This document shows, in pieces, positions 1 through 10,899 of a stretch of 64,000 bases of DNA (the stretch's first letter is position 1; each line of letters begins with the position of its first letter). A model generated the notes under the pieces. That model saw nothing but the letters and a program-made list of their open reading frames with translations, had not been told where the DNA came from and did not search any database. This DNA comes from an uncultured Bacilli bacterium. Its GTDB lineage: Bacteria > Bacillota_I > Bacilli_A > RF39 > UBA660. The translations under genes were made by a program, and so were the position numbers. The stretch lies in NCBI GenBank assembly GCA_947629025.1, contig CANRCC010000005.1, positions 3,288 to 67,287 on the forward strand, in the 5' to 3' direction.

Positions 1-1210
1 AATTAACTAATTCTTTTTCTTCTTTTACTTCTTTAAGTGAAACTTTTGTACATACTTCATCTAAAATATCTATTGATCTATCTGGTTCATATCTATCGTA
101 TATATATCTATTTGATAATTCAATTATTTTATCTATTATTTCTTCGCTTATTTTAACACCATGATAACTTTCATATATAGGTTTTAAATTCATTAATATA
201 TTTTTTAAATTATCTACTGTTGGTTCTTCAATATATATTTTTTGAAATCTTCTATCTAATGCATTATCTTTTTCTATAAATTTTTTATATTCAGATATAG
301 TAGTAGCACCTATAAGTCTCATTTTACCTCTTGCTAGTGCTGGTTTTAATATATTTGAAGCATCAATAGCACCCTCTGCACCACCTGCGCCTACAAGAGT
401 ATGAATCTCATCTATAAATATTATAATATCATCATTTTCTTCAATTTCATTTACTATTTTTTTAACCCTCTCTTCAAATTCACCTCTATATTTAGTTCCA
501 GCAACTGCACTTGCCATATCTAAAGATAATATTCTTTTATTTAATAAAGTAAATGGTACATTACCACTATTTATTCTTCTTGCAAGTTCTTCTACAATAG
601 CAGTTTTACCAACTCCTGCATCACCTATTAATAATGGATTATTTTTTGTTCTTCTTGATAATATTTCTATTAATCTTTCTACTTCTTCATCTCTTCCAAT
701 AACAGGATCTAACTCTTTATTTTTTGCTTTTTTAGTTAAATCTGTAGTTAATTCATCTATAGTTAATTTTTTATTTTTCATTTTCTTAACTTTTTTCTTT
801 TCACTAAATTCTAAATATAATTTATTTATATCAACACCAAGACCAATTAATATTCTAATTGCAACTCCATCACCCTCATTTAATAATGATAATAACATTG
901 ATGTTACTGTTATTTCTTCACTTGTTTCTTTAGATTCGACAATTGAATTTTCTAAAACTCTTTTTAATAATGGAGTATATAAAAACCAATCTGATTTAAC
1001 TTTCCCAACTCCTACTACTTTTATTAATTCTTCTTTAAATATTTTATAAGTTACCCTATATTTATTTAATTTAGTTGCTATTTCTTTATTTTGTTTTAAT
1101 ATTGCAAGAAATAAATGTTCACTCCCAACATATGGATGCTTAAGTTCACTCATTTCCTTATTTGCCATAACTAGTACTTTTTGTGCTTCTTCACTAAACT
1201 TACCAAACAT
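1..1210 (-). CDS. clpC: ATP-dependent Clp protease ATP-binding subunit ClpC; N-terminal ~400 aa present, C-terminus runs off the window start
   Basis: Reverse-strand translation starts MFGKFSEEAQKVLVMANKEMSELKHPYVGSEHLFLAIL, a Clp_N repeat, followed by a Walker A GDAGVGKTAIVEELARRI; the ATG at 1208-1210 gives the ClpC-like MFG..F..AQ start. Not in the ORF track because it is truncated by the window edge. Confidence 0.85.
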   Translation of the reverse strand, partial: MFGKFSEEAQKVLVMANKEMSELKHPYVGSEHLFLAILKQNKEIATKLNKYRVTYKIFKEELIKVVGVGKVKSDWFLYTPLLKRVLENSIVESKETSEEITVTSMLLSLLNEGDGVAIRILIGLGVDINKLYLEFSEKKKVKKMKNKKLTIDELTTDLTKKAKNKELDPVIGRDEEVERLIEILSRRTKNNPLLIGDAGVGKTAIVEELARRINSGNVPFTLLNKRILSLDMASAVAGTKYRGEFEERVKKIVNEIEENDDIIIFIDEIHTLVGAGGAEGAIDASNILKPALARGKMRLIGATTISEYKKFIEKDNALDRRFQKIYIEEPTVDNLKNILMNLKPIYESYHGVKISEEIIDKIIELSNRYIYDRYEPDRSIDILDEVCTKVSLKEVKEEKELVN

Positions 1211-1323
1211 AAATACCCTCCTTAAATTAATTCTATGATAGTTATGGTTCATTTAATAAAATTTATACAAAATTTTAAAAGAATATTTATTTATTAATTT
1301 CATAAAATTCATTAGGTGATTAT

Positions 1324-1821
1324 ATGAAATATTATGTAGATTTACCATATCCAAAAATACAAGTAGAAAGACCAAATATAAAATATGCAAAAATATTATC
1401 TGATGTATATGCTGGAGAAATTAGTGAAGATACATGTATTCATTTATATATATTTGAACATATTGTTTTAAAAAATACATATAGTGAATATTCAAAAATA
1501 CTTAAAGAAATTGCAATAGTTGAAATGCATCACTTAGATATATTAGGAAGATTAATAAGACTATTAGGATTAGAACCATTATTTGTAAGTTATAAGATAG
1601 ATAAAATAATACCTTGGAATTCAAATTATATAAAATATAATACAAATATAAAAGATATGATTGATATAGATATAAAGTCAGAAGAAAATGCGATTAAGTG
1701 TTATCAAAATATAATAAGTATCATTAATGATAAATATGTAATAGAAATAATAAAAAGAATTATATTAGATGAAGAATTACATATAAAAATATTTAAGGAT
1801 ATAAAAAGTAGATTAAATTAA
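1324..1821 (+). CDS. ferritin-like manganese-catalase family protein, spore coat CotJC-like
   Basis: 165 aa. Several segments align with B. subtilis CotJC: YPKIQVERPNIKYAKIL, EISEDTCIHLYIFEH, VEMHHLDILG and SEENAIKCYQNII...DEELHIKIF, which carry E..H di-metal motifs. Confidence 0.55.
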   Translation: MKYYVDLPYPKIQVERPNIKYAKILSDVYAGEISEDTCIHLYIFEHIVLKNTYSEYSKILKEIAIVEMHHLDILGRLIRLLGLEPLFVSYKIDKIIPWNSNYIKYNTNIKDMIDIDIKSEENAIKCYQNIISIINDKYVIEIIKRIILDEELHIKIFKDIKSRLN

Positions 1822-1834
1822 AAAAAAATACCAT

Positions 1835-3451
1835 TTATTTGGTATTTTTGGTTTTAGTTGTTGCTGTCTTTTTTACTGGTTTATTAGTTGATTGTTTAGT
1901 AGTTGTCTTTTTAGTTGTTGTTTTTGTTGTTGCTTTTGTACTAGTTTGTTTTGGTTTACTAGCATCTTTTACTTCTATTTCTTCTTTCTTTTTAGTTTCA
2001 GTTTTAACTTCTTTTTTTGTATTATTTTTACATACAACAATTAATACAATAGAAGCAATAATTGAAATTACTAATAATACAATTGAAGGAACTGATAAGA
2101 ATTTACTTGATATTATCATAAGAGATATAAATACTATTGTGAATAATACTAAGAAATATTTTCCAATGTATTTAATCCAATCTTTATATGATGTATTTGT
2201 ATATCTTAATCCAAGAAGCATTAATACACTTGTTGGAGATACAAGCAAGAATAATGAGTAAATTGCTTGGAATATAACTGCTAGTAATACTAAGAATTTT
2301 TGATCAGTTATTACTGCAGTAACTGTTGATAAAGTAAATTGTGAAGCATACATATAATCTGAATATGCTAAAGATGCTAATGCAGATGTTAATACACCAC
2401 CAAATAACTTATCTGATAATTCTGAAATACTTACAGCAACTGTGTAGAATATTCCAGATGTATAAATATTTACAAGTACAACATTTACAAATACTACTAT
2501 TAATGCATATGGTAATGCTCTTTTTAATGATGTTGCGATTGTTTGCATTAATTCATCAATTTTAATTCTATTTAAAATAGCACATACAATACTTGCTAAT
2601 AAAGCAACTACTGATAAGTCAAATAAAGTAAAGTTACCAAATGCTGCTAAAGATTGACCTACTATAGCTTTATATGGAGATACTCCAAATATTTTAAAAT
2701 CTAATAATGATTCATTGAATTTAGTAAATCCTTCAAATCCAAAATATGAATTCCATGGAACCATACCTAATATAAATAATACTAATATAATATCAAATAT
2801 TACACTAATATTAGTAGATTTTTCTTTTTCTATTTTTTCTAATTTAACATTAGATGGTTTTTTAAATACTAATATAAATACTATTATTGATATTATTGAT
2901 ATTAAAGATATTATTACTTTAAATAATATATTATCTGTGATTGTTGCTCCTAAAACTTCATTAGGATATACTGTGTATAAAGAACCAACACTACCAAGTA
3001 TTATTGCTCCTACTGTTGATAATACTGATGAAAATTTATCATATCCTAATTTATTTAATATTCCAATAAATGCAGGTACAAATATAAGCATTGTAAATAT
3101 GTTACCTGTAATAACTGTCATTATTCCAAATATTAATGTGCTTATAACAACAAATGCACCTTTTTTATCTTTAAATTTATATGCAGTATTATTTATAACT
3201 GTCTCATATTTTCCAGTTTTAACTAATACTCCATAGAATATTCCAATACATAAAACATATATAAATGTACTTAAAAATACACTCATAGATGTTATTGTAT
3301 TTCCAAATGTGTCTATTAAACTAACAGGATTAATGTTCCCTTTAGTTATATTTCCATAACTATCAAATGATGTTGATGGAATTATAAAACTTAATAATAT
3401 TGTTACTATAACTGATATACTAATTAATTTATAAATACTATATTTTTTCAT
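1835..3451 (-). CDS. polytopic membrane transporter (YfcC/DcuC-like architecture) with a C-terminal Lys/Thr-rich low-complexity tail
   Basis: 538 aa with about 10-12 hydrophobic segments. The last ~70 aa are KTTTKKTTTK-type repeats. Family assignment is from overall architecture only. Confidence 0.4.
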   Translation of the reverse strand: MKKYSIYKLISISVIVTILLSFIIPSTSFDSYGNITKGNINPVSLIDTFGNTITSMSVFLSTFIYVLCIGIFYGVLVKTGKYETVINNTAYKFKDKKGAFVVISTLIFGIMTVITGNIFTMLIFVPAFIGILNKLGYDKFSSVLSTVGAIILGSVGSLYTVYPNEVLGATITDNILFKVIISLISIISIIVFILVFKKPSNVKLEKIEKEKSTNISVIFDIILVLFILGMVPWNSYFGFEGFTKFNESLLDFKIFGVSPYKAIVGQSLAAFGNFTLFDLSVVALLASIVCAILNRIKIDELMQTIATSLKRALPYALIVVFVNVVLVNIYTSGIFYTVAVSISELSDKLFGGVLTSALASLAYSDYMYASQFTLSTVTAVITDQKFLVLLAVIFQAIYSLFLLVSPTSVLMLLGLRYTNTSYKDWIKYIGKYFLVLFTIVFISLMIISSKFLSVPSIVLLVISIIASIVLIVVCKNNTKKEVKTETKKKEEIEVKDASKPKQTSTKATTKTTTKKTTTKQSTNKPVKKTATTKTKNTK

Positions 3452-3471
3452 TTTTTCCTCCCTAATATACT

Positions 3472-4965
3472 TTATTCATTGATTTGTTTTTCATTATCAT
3501 TAATTGGTCTCATAAGTGGATACATAACCACATCTCTTATGTTATCACTATTAGTTAAAAGTTGAATCATTCTATCAATACCCATACCCCAACCAGATAT
3601 TGGTGGCATACCGTATTCCATAGCACCTATATAATCATAATCCATTTCCATAGCTTCTTCATCTCCACCAGCTTTTAATTTTGCTTGTTCAAGTAATCTA
3701 TTTTCTTGTTCAATTGGATCTACAAGTTCTGAATATCCATTTACGATTTCTGCACCATTTATTACTAGCTGGAATCTATCTGATATTTCTTTATTATCAT
3801 CATTTGTTCTAGCAAGTGGTGACAAGCTTGTTGGATGTTCTACTAAATATACTGGTTCAATCATATAAGGTCTTGCTACTTTTTTATATAGATAATCAAC
3901 TAAGTTACCATACCCTAGATTTTCAATTGGTGTTTCACTATCTAGTTCTACTTTATCTTCTTTTATTTTCTTTAATAATTTTTCTTTTGTATTATATTCA
4001 TTAATATCAATATTTGAATATTTCATTATTAAATCTCTAAAAGAAACTTTAGGCCAAGTACCTGATAAATCAACTACTTTATCACCCATTTGAATATTAA
4101 GTGTTCCAAACATATTCATAATTATAGTTTGAAGCATTTCTCTTATAAAATTCATATTATCTTCAAAATTAAAATATGCTTGGTATGCTTCTATCATAGT
4201 GAAATCTTGTAAATGAGTTGCATCCATACCTTCGTTTCTAAAGCATCTTGCTATTTCGTATACTTTTGGTATTCCAGCAATTATTGATCTTTTCATATAA
4301 GTCTCAGGTGCAATTCTTAAGTATACATCCATATCAAGTGCATTATGATGAGATTTAAATGGTTTTGCAACTGCTCCACTAGCTTTGTTATTTAATATAG
4401 GTGTCTCAACTTCATAATAACCTTTATCATCTAGAAATTTTCTAAGTTCTTTTATAAAATTCATTCTAATTAAGAACCTTTTTCTAGTATCTTCATTCAT
4501 TATCATATCAACATATCTATTTCTATAACAAAGTTCTACATCTGTTAGTCCATGAAATTTTTCTGGTAATGGTTTTAATGCTTTTCCTAGAAACTCAAAA
4601 TTTGATGCTCTTAATGTTTTTTCACCTGTATGTGTAGTAAATATTTCTCCAGTTGCTCCTATGAAGTCACCAACATCAAAATATGTTTTAAAGAATGAAT
4701 ATTTTTCTTCTCCAACTAAGTCTATCTTAATTGAAATTTGAAGATCACTTTCAATATCTCTAATTTTTATGAAACTCATCTTCCCCATTTTTCTCATAAA
4801 TACTATTCTACCAGCAACACTAACATTATTAGTTTCATCAGGAAGATTAGATGCTTCTTTTAATGAATGGGTTACTTCATATCTTTCAGGATACGGATTA
4901 CAAATATTTCTAATTTCTTCTACTTTATCTCTTCTTACAATTTCTTGTTCCGTAAGCTCTCTCAA
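3472..4965 (-). CDS. lysS: lysine--tRNA ligase (class II)
   Basis: 497 aa with class II aaRS motifs ELCYRNRYVDMIMNE, FRNEGMDATHLQDFTMIE and GMGIDR. The dusB-lysS adjacency matches Bacillus. Confidence 0.95.
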   Translation of the reverse strand: MRELTEQEIVRRDKVEEIRNICNPYPERYEVTHSLKEASNLPDETNNVSVAGRIVFMRKMGKMSFIKIRDIESDLQISIKIDLVGEEKYSFFKTYFDVGDFIGATGEIFTTHTGEKTLRASNFEFLGKALKPLPEKFHGLTDVELCYRNRYVDMIMNEDTRKRFLIRMNFIKELRKFLDDKGYYEVETPILNNKASGAVAKPFKSHHNALDMDVYLRIAPETYMKRSIIAGIPKVYEIARCFRNEGMDATHLQDFTMIEAYQAYFNFEDNMNFIREMLQTIIMNMFGTLNIQMGDKVVDLSGTWPKVSFRDLIMKYSNIDINEYNTKEKLLKKIKEDKVELDSETPIENLGYGNLVDYLYKKVARPYMIEPVYLVEHPTSLSPLARTNDDNKEISDRFQLVINGAEIVNGYSELVDPIEQENRLLEQAKLKAGGDEEAMEMDYDYIGAMEYGMPPISGWGMGIDRMIQLLTNSDNIRDVVMYPLMRPINDNEKQINE

Positions 4966-5042
4966 TTCTTCACCTCCATTAATATAATTATATCATAAAA
5001 AAAGAGCAATAAATATGTTTTTTGCTATTTTTTCCCAAAAAA

Positions 5043-6014
5043 TCAATAGTTATTTATATACTCAGTTAATATTTTAATTAATTCATTCTTATCTTCACAT
5101 TTAAAAATCTTATTTTTTATTTCACTAGAATTTTTCATACCCTTAATATACCAAGCAATATGAGTTCTCATTTCTAAAACTGCAACTTTTTCATTTTTTA
5201 TCTGAAGTAAATAATCAAAATGTTTTAAACAAGTTTCTAACTTTTCTTTTGGAGTTTGTTCTTTTAGTCTTTTATTAGTAGTTAGATAATAAGTTATTTC
5301 TTTAAATATATATGGGTTACCTAATGCTGCTCTTCCTATCATTATGGCATCACATTTTGTTTCTTCAAACATTCTAATTGCATCATCAACATTTTTAATA
5401 TCACCATTACCTATAACTGGAATATTAACACTTTCTTTTACTTTTTTTATTATATTCCAATCTGCTTGTCCATCATATCCTTGACTTCTTGTTCTTGGAT
5501 GAACTGTTATAGCACTTGCACCTGCTTTTTCACATATTTTAGCTACTTCTACTGCATTAATTGAATTCTTATCCCATCCACTTCTAATTTTTACAGTAAC
5601 AGGGCAAGGAACTGCGTCAACTACTGCATTAACTATTTCTTTTATTTTTTTTGGATTTTTTAAAAGTGCTGCGCCTGCTTGTGATTTTATAGCAACTTTT
5701 GGAACAGGGCATCCCATATTTATATCTATAATATCTGGTTTCATAAGTTCATATACTCTTTTTGCTGCAATTACAAAACTTTCTTTATCACTGCCAAATA
5801 TTTGTTGTGCTATTGGTCTTTCTTCTTCAGTCATATAAAGCATATTTTCAGTTTTTTCACTACCATACATTAAAGCTTTATCACTTACCATTTCAGCAAA
5901 TACAAGACCTGCTCCCATCTGTCTTGCAATTCTTCTAAAAGCACTATTACATATACCTGCCATTGGAGCTAATACAACATTGTTTTCAATAACAATATTT
6001 CCTATTTTAAACAT
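5043..6014 (-). CDS. dusB: tRNA-dihydrouridine synthase
   Basis: 323 aa with VLAPMAGICNSAFRRIARQMGAGL, DINMGCPVPKV and TVHPRTRSQGY, a Dus TIM-barrel signature. Confidence 0.9.
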   Translation of the reverse strand: MFKIGNIVIENNVVLAPMAGICNSAFRRIARQMGAGLVFAEMVSDKALMYGSEKTENMLYMTEEERPIAQQIFGSDKESFVIAAKRVYELMKPDIIDINMGCPVPKVAIKSQAGAALLKNPKKIKEIVNAVVDAVPCPVTVKIRSGWDKNSINAVEVAKICEKAGASAITVHPRTRSQGYDGQADWNIIKKVKESVNIPVIGNGDIKNVDDAIRMFEETKCDAIMIGRAALGNPYIFKEITYYLTTNKRLKEQTPKEKLETCLKHFDYLLQIKNEKVAVLEMRTHIAWYIKGMKNSSEIKNKIFKCEDKNELIKILTEYINNY

Positions 6015-6679
6015 TAATCTTCCTTCTCACAATAATATATTTCATTACCATAATTCATAACTGCCCTATCATCTAATACTGACATACTTAAATTTATATA
6101 ATTATATAAATTAGCTCCACTATTACCATACAAACTATCATTATCAACATTAAGTTTAATATCAAAATATTTCCCATCTTCAGCATTTTTCAAAGTGTAA
6201 GTATAAGTACCTGTAGAACTATATATTCTACTTAAATTTACAAGACTATATGTTCTATCCCTTTTAAATTCTACTGATAAATAACTATTTTTAGAATAAT
6301 TTGAAGTACATTCCCAGTTACCAACAAAATCATTTGTATATTTTAATTTATATGTAAGAACTAATAATGTAGTAATAACCAATATCATAATCATAATAAA
6401 AGAAATTACTAATGAAATAATGCAAACTATAAAATATTTTGGATATTTATCATTTTCTTTTTTATACTTACTATTATATACTAATCCAATTATCGCTAAA
6501 ACTATACCTACTAATGGAAAGAAAATACTTAAAATTATAGATATTATTGAAATAACTTTTATTTTATTTAATAATTTATCATCAGATAAATTTGTAGAAT
6601 TATCTATAAAATTATTTCCACACTTACTACAAAATTTACTTCCTTTATTATTTTTTTGACCACATTTTGAACAATACAT
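6014..6679 (-). CDS. zinc-ribbon domain membrane protein, hypothetical
   Basis: N-terminal CSKCGQ...CSKCG zinc ribbon followed by two TM helices. No recognisable enzymatic motif. Confidence 0.45.
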   Translation of the reverse strand: MYCSKCGQKNNKGSKFCSKCGNNFIDNSTNLSDDKLLNKIKVISIISIILSIFFPLVGIVLAIIGLVYNSKYKKENDKYPKYFIVCIISLVISFIMIMILVITTLLVLTYKLKYTNDFVGNWECTSNYSKNSYLSVEFKRDRTYSLVNLSRIYSSTGTYTYTLKNAEDGKYFDIKLNVDNDSLYGNSGANLYNYINLSMSVLDDRAVMNYGNEIYYCEKED

Positions 6680-6704
6680 AAAAACACTCCTTTAGTAAAT
6701 TATA

Positions 6705-6740
6705 GCATAAAAAAAGAAATTTAATGTTTAAATTTCTTTA
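6705..6740 (-). terminator. rho-independent terminator after the histidine kinase gene
   Basis: Perfect 10-11 bp inverted repeat agaaatttaa/ttaaatttct with a 3-nt loop, immediately after the HK stop codon and followed by a U-run on the minus strand. Confidence 0.55.
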
Positions 6741-8012
6741 TTTTTTACTGATTATAAATTCAACACCATTTTTTCTATTTTTTGCAAATACCTTATATCC
6801 AATTAAATCACAATTTCTTTTTACAATAGCAAGTCCAAGACCATTTTCTCCTTTATTTCCTTTTTTATAAGGTATAAATATATCAGATAAAAGATCTTCT
6901 TTTATATTTTCTCCATCATTAAAGAAAATGATCTTGTTTTCTTTAACAGTTATTATTATCTCACTTTTTGCATATCTTATAAAATTGTTTAATATGTTAT
7001 CAACAATTGATTCCCATATTTCTTCTGTACCATTATACATAATTTGTTGTTTATCACACTTTATTTGATAATTTAATTTATCATTTATTATTTTATATTT
7101 TTCAATCAATTCTTGTATTGTAGTTTGAATTTCTATTTGTTTATCGTTTTTATAGGAGTTTTGTAAATATGTAATTTTATTTAGTTCTAATAGGGTTTTT
7201 ACTTTATTTTCTAATTTTTTTATTTCTTTATTACTAATATCCATTACGGTTTTACTATCTTTTATTCCATCATTGTACGCTTCTATATATGATTTTATAA
7301 CCATAATTGGAGTTTTAAAGTCATGTGATATATTTTGATACATTTCACTTTTATATTTTTCTTGAGATAATATTATTTCTTTCATTTTATCAATAGTATT
7401 ATCTAATAGTTTTAATTCATCATCTAGTTCATATTTATTTTCTGTAACTGAAAAACTTTCATCTGTTATATTATCAATTTTTAGTTTTAATTTTTGAATC
7501 TTATCAACTATAAATTTTGACCACAACAATAATAAAACTAATATAATTGAAAATGTAACTATAACTATTGGTATAACTATTGCAAATAAATTTCTTTTAA
7601 TTGCTTTAATATATGAATCATTAGTAATTGCAATCTTCTTATCGAAGTTTCTTCTACTATTAACAGAATAATAATAGATTTTACCTTTGTATGTAAATTT
7701 TCCACGATTTGAATTAATATATTTTAATATTTTAGTGTAATCTTCAACATTTAATATACTTTTGTAATTACTTGATATATATATTTTTTCATCTAAATAT
7801 TGTATATATACAATATTTTCATAATTAATCTTTGATGACGATTTGCCTTCAAAGATTTGAAGTGGTTGCTCTAAGTAACTATAAACTGTTTCTTCAAAAA
7901 AAGGTTCTAAAGATTTAGGTAATACAATAATTAAAGAAATTATCATTATTATAAGAGACAAGACTGTAATTAAAATAAGTTGCCTTGATAAATTTATTTT
8001 TCTATTTTTCAT
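6738..8012 (-). CDS. sensor histidine kinase with ~115-aa extracytoplasmic domain between two TM helices
   Basis: HisKA H-box MYQNISHDFKTPI and HATPase motifs NGTEEIW...NNFIRYA and GENGLGLAIVK. Overlaps the RR gene by 4 nt. Confidence 0.8.
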   Translation of the reverse strand: MKNRKINLSRQLILITVLSLIIMIISLIIVLPKSLEPFFEETVYSYLEQPLQIFEGKSSSKINYENIVYIQYLDEKIYISSNYKSILNVEDYTKILKYINSNRGKFTYKGKIYYYSVNSRRNFDKKIAITNDSYIKAIKRNLFAIVIPIVIVTFSIILVLLLLWSKFIVDKIQKLKLKIDNITDESFSVTENKYELDDELKLLDNTIDKMKEIILSQEKYKSEMYQNISHDFKTPIMVIKSYIEAYNDGIKDSKTVMDISNKEIKKLENKVKTLLELNKITYLQNSYKNDKQIEIQTTIQELIEKYKIINDKLNYQIKCDKQQIMYNGTEEIWESIVDNILNNFIRYAKSEIIITVKENKIIFFNDGENIKEDLLSDIFIPYKKGNKGENGLGLAIVKRNCDLIGYKVFAKNRKNGVEFIISKK

Positions 8013-8671
8013 ACTAATCTATATCCAAATCCATAAACTGTGCTTATATTTAAATATTTCATTTTTTTTCTTAGTCTCCTAATTGAGTCATCTACAACTC
8101 TATCATTTCCAAAGTAATCATTACCCCAAATATTGTTTAGTATATTCTCTCTATTTAATGATTTACCTTTATTATTTATAAAAAATATTAATAAGTCAAA
8201 TTCTAAAGTTGTTAGATTTATATTATCCCCCTTATAAGAAACAGTTCTCATATCAGTGTCAATATCATAATCATTATAATGTAATTTATTAAAATCTGTA
8301 CTATAGACTCTTTTTATTATATTTTTAACTCTTAATATAAGTTCTCTTGGTGAATAAGGTTTAGCAATATAATCATCACAACCAAGTTCTAAGCCCATAA
8401 TTTTATCTATTGATTCATCTCTTGCTGAACTAAATATAATTGGTACTTTAGAGTCAAATTCTTTTATCTTTTTAATTATATCGTAACCTGTTATATCATC
8501 TTCTAACATTATATCAAGAATCCATAGTTTTACATCATTATTTTGATTTATATAATCGAGTGTATCTTGTCCTTTTGTAAATGTAATAACATCATAATTT
8601 TCTTTTTCTAGATAGCTTTTGATAAGACTATTTAATGATATCTCATCTTCTACTAGACCAATTTTATACAT
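8009..8671 (-). CDS. response regulator, OmpR/PhoB family
   Basis: Receiver domain (LVEDE...D...ILDIMLED...) plus a C-terminal winged helix ending VYGFGYRLV. Confidence 0.85.
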   Translation of the reverse strand: MYKIGLVEDEISLNSLIKSYLEKENYDVITFTKGQDTLDYINQNNDVKLWILDIMLEDDITGYDIIKKIKEFDSKVPIIFSSARDESIDKIMGLELGCDDYIAKPYSPRELILRVKNIIKRVYSTDFNKLHYNDYDIDTDMRTVSYKGDNINLTTLEFDLLIFFINNKGKSLNRENILNNIWGNDYFGNDRVVDDSIRRLRKKMKYLNISTVYGFGYRLV

Positions 8672-8701
8672 AAAACTTCACCACTCTTATTATATCATAT
8701 C

Positions 8702-9376
8702 TTACTTACTTTTTTCTCTTTTAATACCACCTCCTTTAATGCGATAAATAACATCAGCATTTTTTGCAACTTTATTTGAATGAGTAACAACTATAACACA
8801 CTTACCTTGACTTACAAGATTTTTAAATACATCAATTATTTTCTCTTCTGTCTTTTCATCTAAGTTACCTGTAGGTTCATCAGCCATTATAAAATCTATA
8901 TTACCAACAAGACTTCTTGCGATTGCAACTCTCTGTTGTTCTCCTCCAGATAATTTTAAAACAGTTCTTGAAGCAGTATTATTATCTATTCCTAAATTAT
9001 TTAATAATCTTAATGACTCTTCTCTTTTATTTTTAATTTTTAATTTCATTATGTCCATCGCAACTTCTATATTTTCGCATGCTGTCATATATGGAATCAA
9101 ATTATATGATTGAAATATAATATTTACATTATTTAATCTATAATTATTGTAACCTATATCTTTAATACTTTTATCGTCATATAAAATATCTCCTTCTTCT
9201 ATAGTATCAAGACCAGAGAGTAATGATAATAAAGTTGTTTTACCACTACCGCTCTCTCCGAGAATCGCATAAAATTTACCACTTTCAAATTCGCAGGAAA
9301 TATTATTTAATACTCTTTTTTTCTTTATACCATCTTGATATGTATGAGATAAGTTTCTTACTATAATTTTACTCAC
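8702..9376 (-). CDS. ABC transporter ATP-binding protein (MacB/FtsE type)
   Basis: Walker A GESGSGKTTLLSLLSG, signature LSGGEQQRVAIARSL and Walker B IMADEPTGNLD. Confidence 0.9.
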   Translation of the reverse strand: MSKIIVRNLSHTYQDGIKKKRVLNNISCEFESGKFYAILGESGSGKTTLLSLLSGLDTIEEGDILYDDKSIKDIGYNNYRLNNVNIIFQSYNLIPYMTACENIEVAMDIMKLKIKNKREESLRLLNNLGIDNNTASRTVLKLSGGEQQRVAIARSLVGNIDFIMADEPTGNLDEKTEEKIIDVFKNLVSQGKCVIVVTHSNKVAKNADVIYRIKGGGIKREKSK

Positions 9377-9379
9377 TTA

Positions 9380-10858
9380 TTATTCCCTCCTTGATAATAT
9401 ATCTTTTGGATCACTATTAAGTATTTTTATACTTGGTATAATCATAGAAACAACTATTATTCCAAATTCAAGAACAAATAACATTAAAATACTATTTGAA
9501 TTAACATTAACATCAATTTCATCTACTATTTCTACATTATTATCTCCCATATTACCTAAATGTTCTCTATTTGAAAAACCATTTCCTCTTCCATTAAACT
9601 CTTGTGCATTTTCTTTTGAACTAGTTTGTATACTTATAACTTTGTCTGCTAATTTCTGACTAATTAATTTACTTGTTCCTATAGAAATGATAAATGACAA
9701 TATTGAAATTAATACAAGTTCTAATATAAATTGTAATACTATTTTTATTTTCTTCTCACCTAATGATAATAAGACTCCAATTTCATAATTTCTATCTTTT
9801 ACAGAATTTATTATCATAAGACTTATTACAATTATTGAAGATAATATTACTACAACTAAAATTATATTTGAGAAATTTTTCGTTCCTTCAATTGAAGATA
9901 CCATTCTGTCATAAGATTCAGTATCTATATCTAATTTTAAATATCTATCTTCTAAATCAGTTACTACTTTATTTGCTTCTTTTTTAAATTCATCCGTTTT
10001 TTCTGGATCATTTAAGTAAAATACTGCACTTGATATTTTATAGTTTCCATTATTATAAGATTCTTCACTTAAGAATTTTTCACCTGAATTTATATCAGTG
10101 TATATTTTATTATATTTATTATTAAATTCATCGCTATCCTTATTTTGATAAATTCCTATAATTTTTAAAGAATGTTCTTCATCATTACTATCTTTTAACT
10201 TTATTTCATCATTTATATTTAAATCATTATTAGTTGCTAGTTCATATGATATTATTGCAACATCAACATCATCTTCATCAAATGAAGTTCCATCTACTAA
10301 CTCTATTTTTTTATTTTTATAATTATCATCTAAATCAAATGTATTTATAGAAATAACTTGAAGACTATTCATATCTCTTCCTTTTGGCATACGCATATTT
10401 TCTTCATCTTCAGATGATTGAGTTTCATATAATTCAAATGAACTTTCAGTAGCAGTAACATTAAATGTGTATTTTACATCACTAACATACTTAATAGATG
10501 AAATTTTATTTACATCATCTATAGTTGCATTACTCTCTTGCATTTTATTATGCATATCATTCATCTGACTTTTTCTATCTTCATTTGATGGTGGCTGTCC
10601 TTCTTGCATTTTATTTTCACCCATAAAATTTTCTCTTAATTTTGACATATCAGCAGATAAAGTTACCTCACCACCTAATGCTTTTTTTACGAGATTGATT
10701 GATTCATTTGATGCATTCTTTATTGAAATAGAACATAATGCTAATGTTGAAATTACAAATAAGAATAAAAACATTACTATACTTTTAGTTTTTCTTCTTA
10801 CTACACTTAAATATGATCTTTTTAACATATAATCTTCCTTTCTATACAATTTAATCAT
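9380..10858 (-). CDS. ABC transporter permease, FtsX/MacB family (4 TM, large extracytoplasmic domain)
   Basis: N-terminal TM, ~280-aa extracytoplasmic domain, then FtsX-like C-terminal TMs (ILVVVILSSIIVISL.., LQFILELVLISILSFII.., ILMLFVLEFGIIVVSMI..). Confidence 0.75.
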   Translation of the reverse strand: MIKLYRKEDYMLKRSYLSVVRRKTKSIVMFLFLFVISTLALCSISIKNASNESINLVKKALGGEVTLSADMSKLRENFMGENKMQEGQPPSNEDRKSQMNDMHNKMQESNATIDDVNKISSIKYVSDVKYTFNVTATESSFELYETQSSEDEENMRMPKGRDMNSLQVISINTFDLDDNYKNKKIELVDGTSFDEDDVDVAIISYELATNNDLNINDEIKLKDSNDEEHSLKIIGIYQNKDSDEFNNKYNKIYTDINSGEKFLSEESYNNGNYKISSAVFYLNDPEKTDEFKKEANKVVTDLEDRYLKLDIDTESYDRMVSSIEGTKNFSNIILVVVILSSIIVISLMIINSVKDRNYEIGVLLSLGEKKIKIVLQFILELVLISILSFIISIGTSKLISQKLADKVISIQTSSKENAQEFNGRGNGFSNREHLGNMGDNNVEIVDEIDVNVNSNSILMLFVLEFGIIVVSMIIPSIKILNSDPKDILSRRE

Positions 10859-10899
10859 ATAAAAAATTTATGTATAAAAAATCATAAGATTATGGAAAA

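Noticed and set aside
1839-3236. Plus-strand ORFs 1839-2261, 2341-2565 and 2715-3236 from the ORF track
   Set aside because: They lie entirely antisense to the 538-aa membrane transporter gene. Their low-complexity hydrophobic translations are typical of shadow ORFs in AT-rich DNA.
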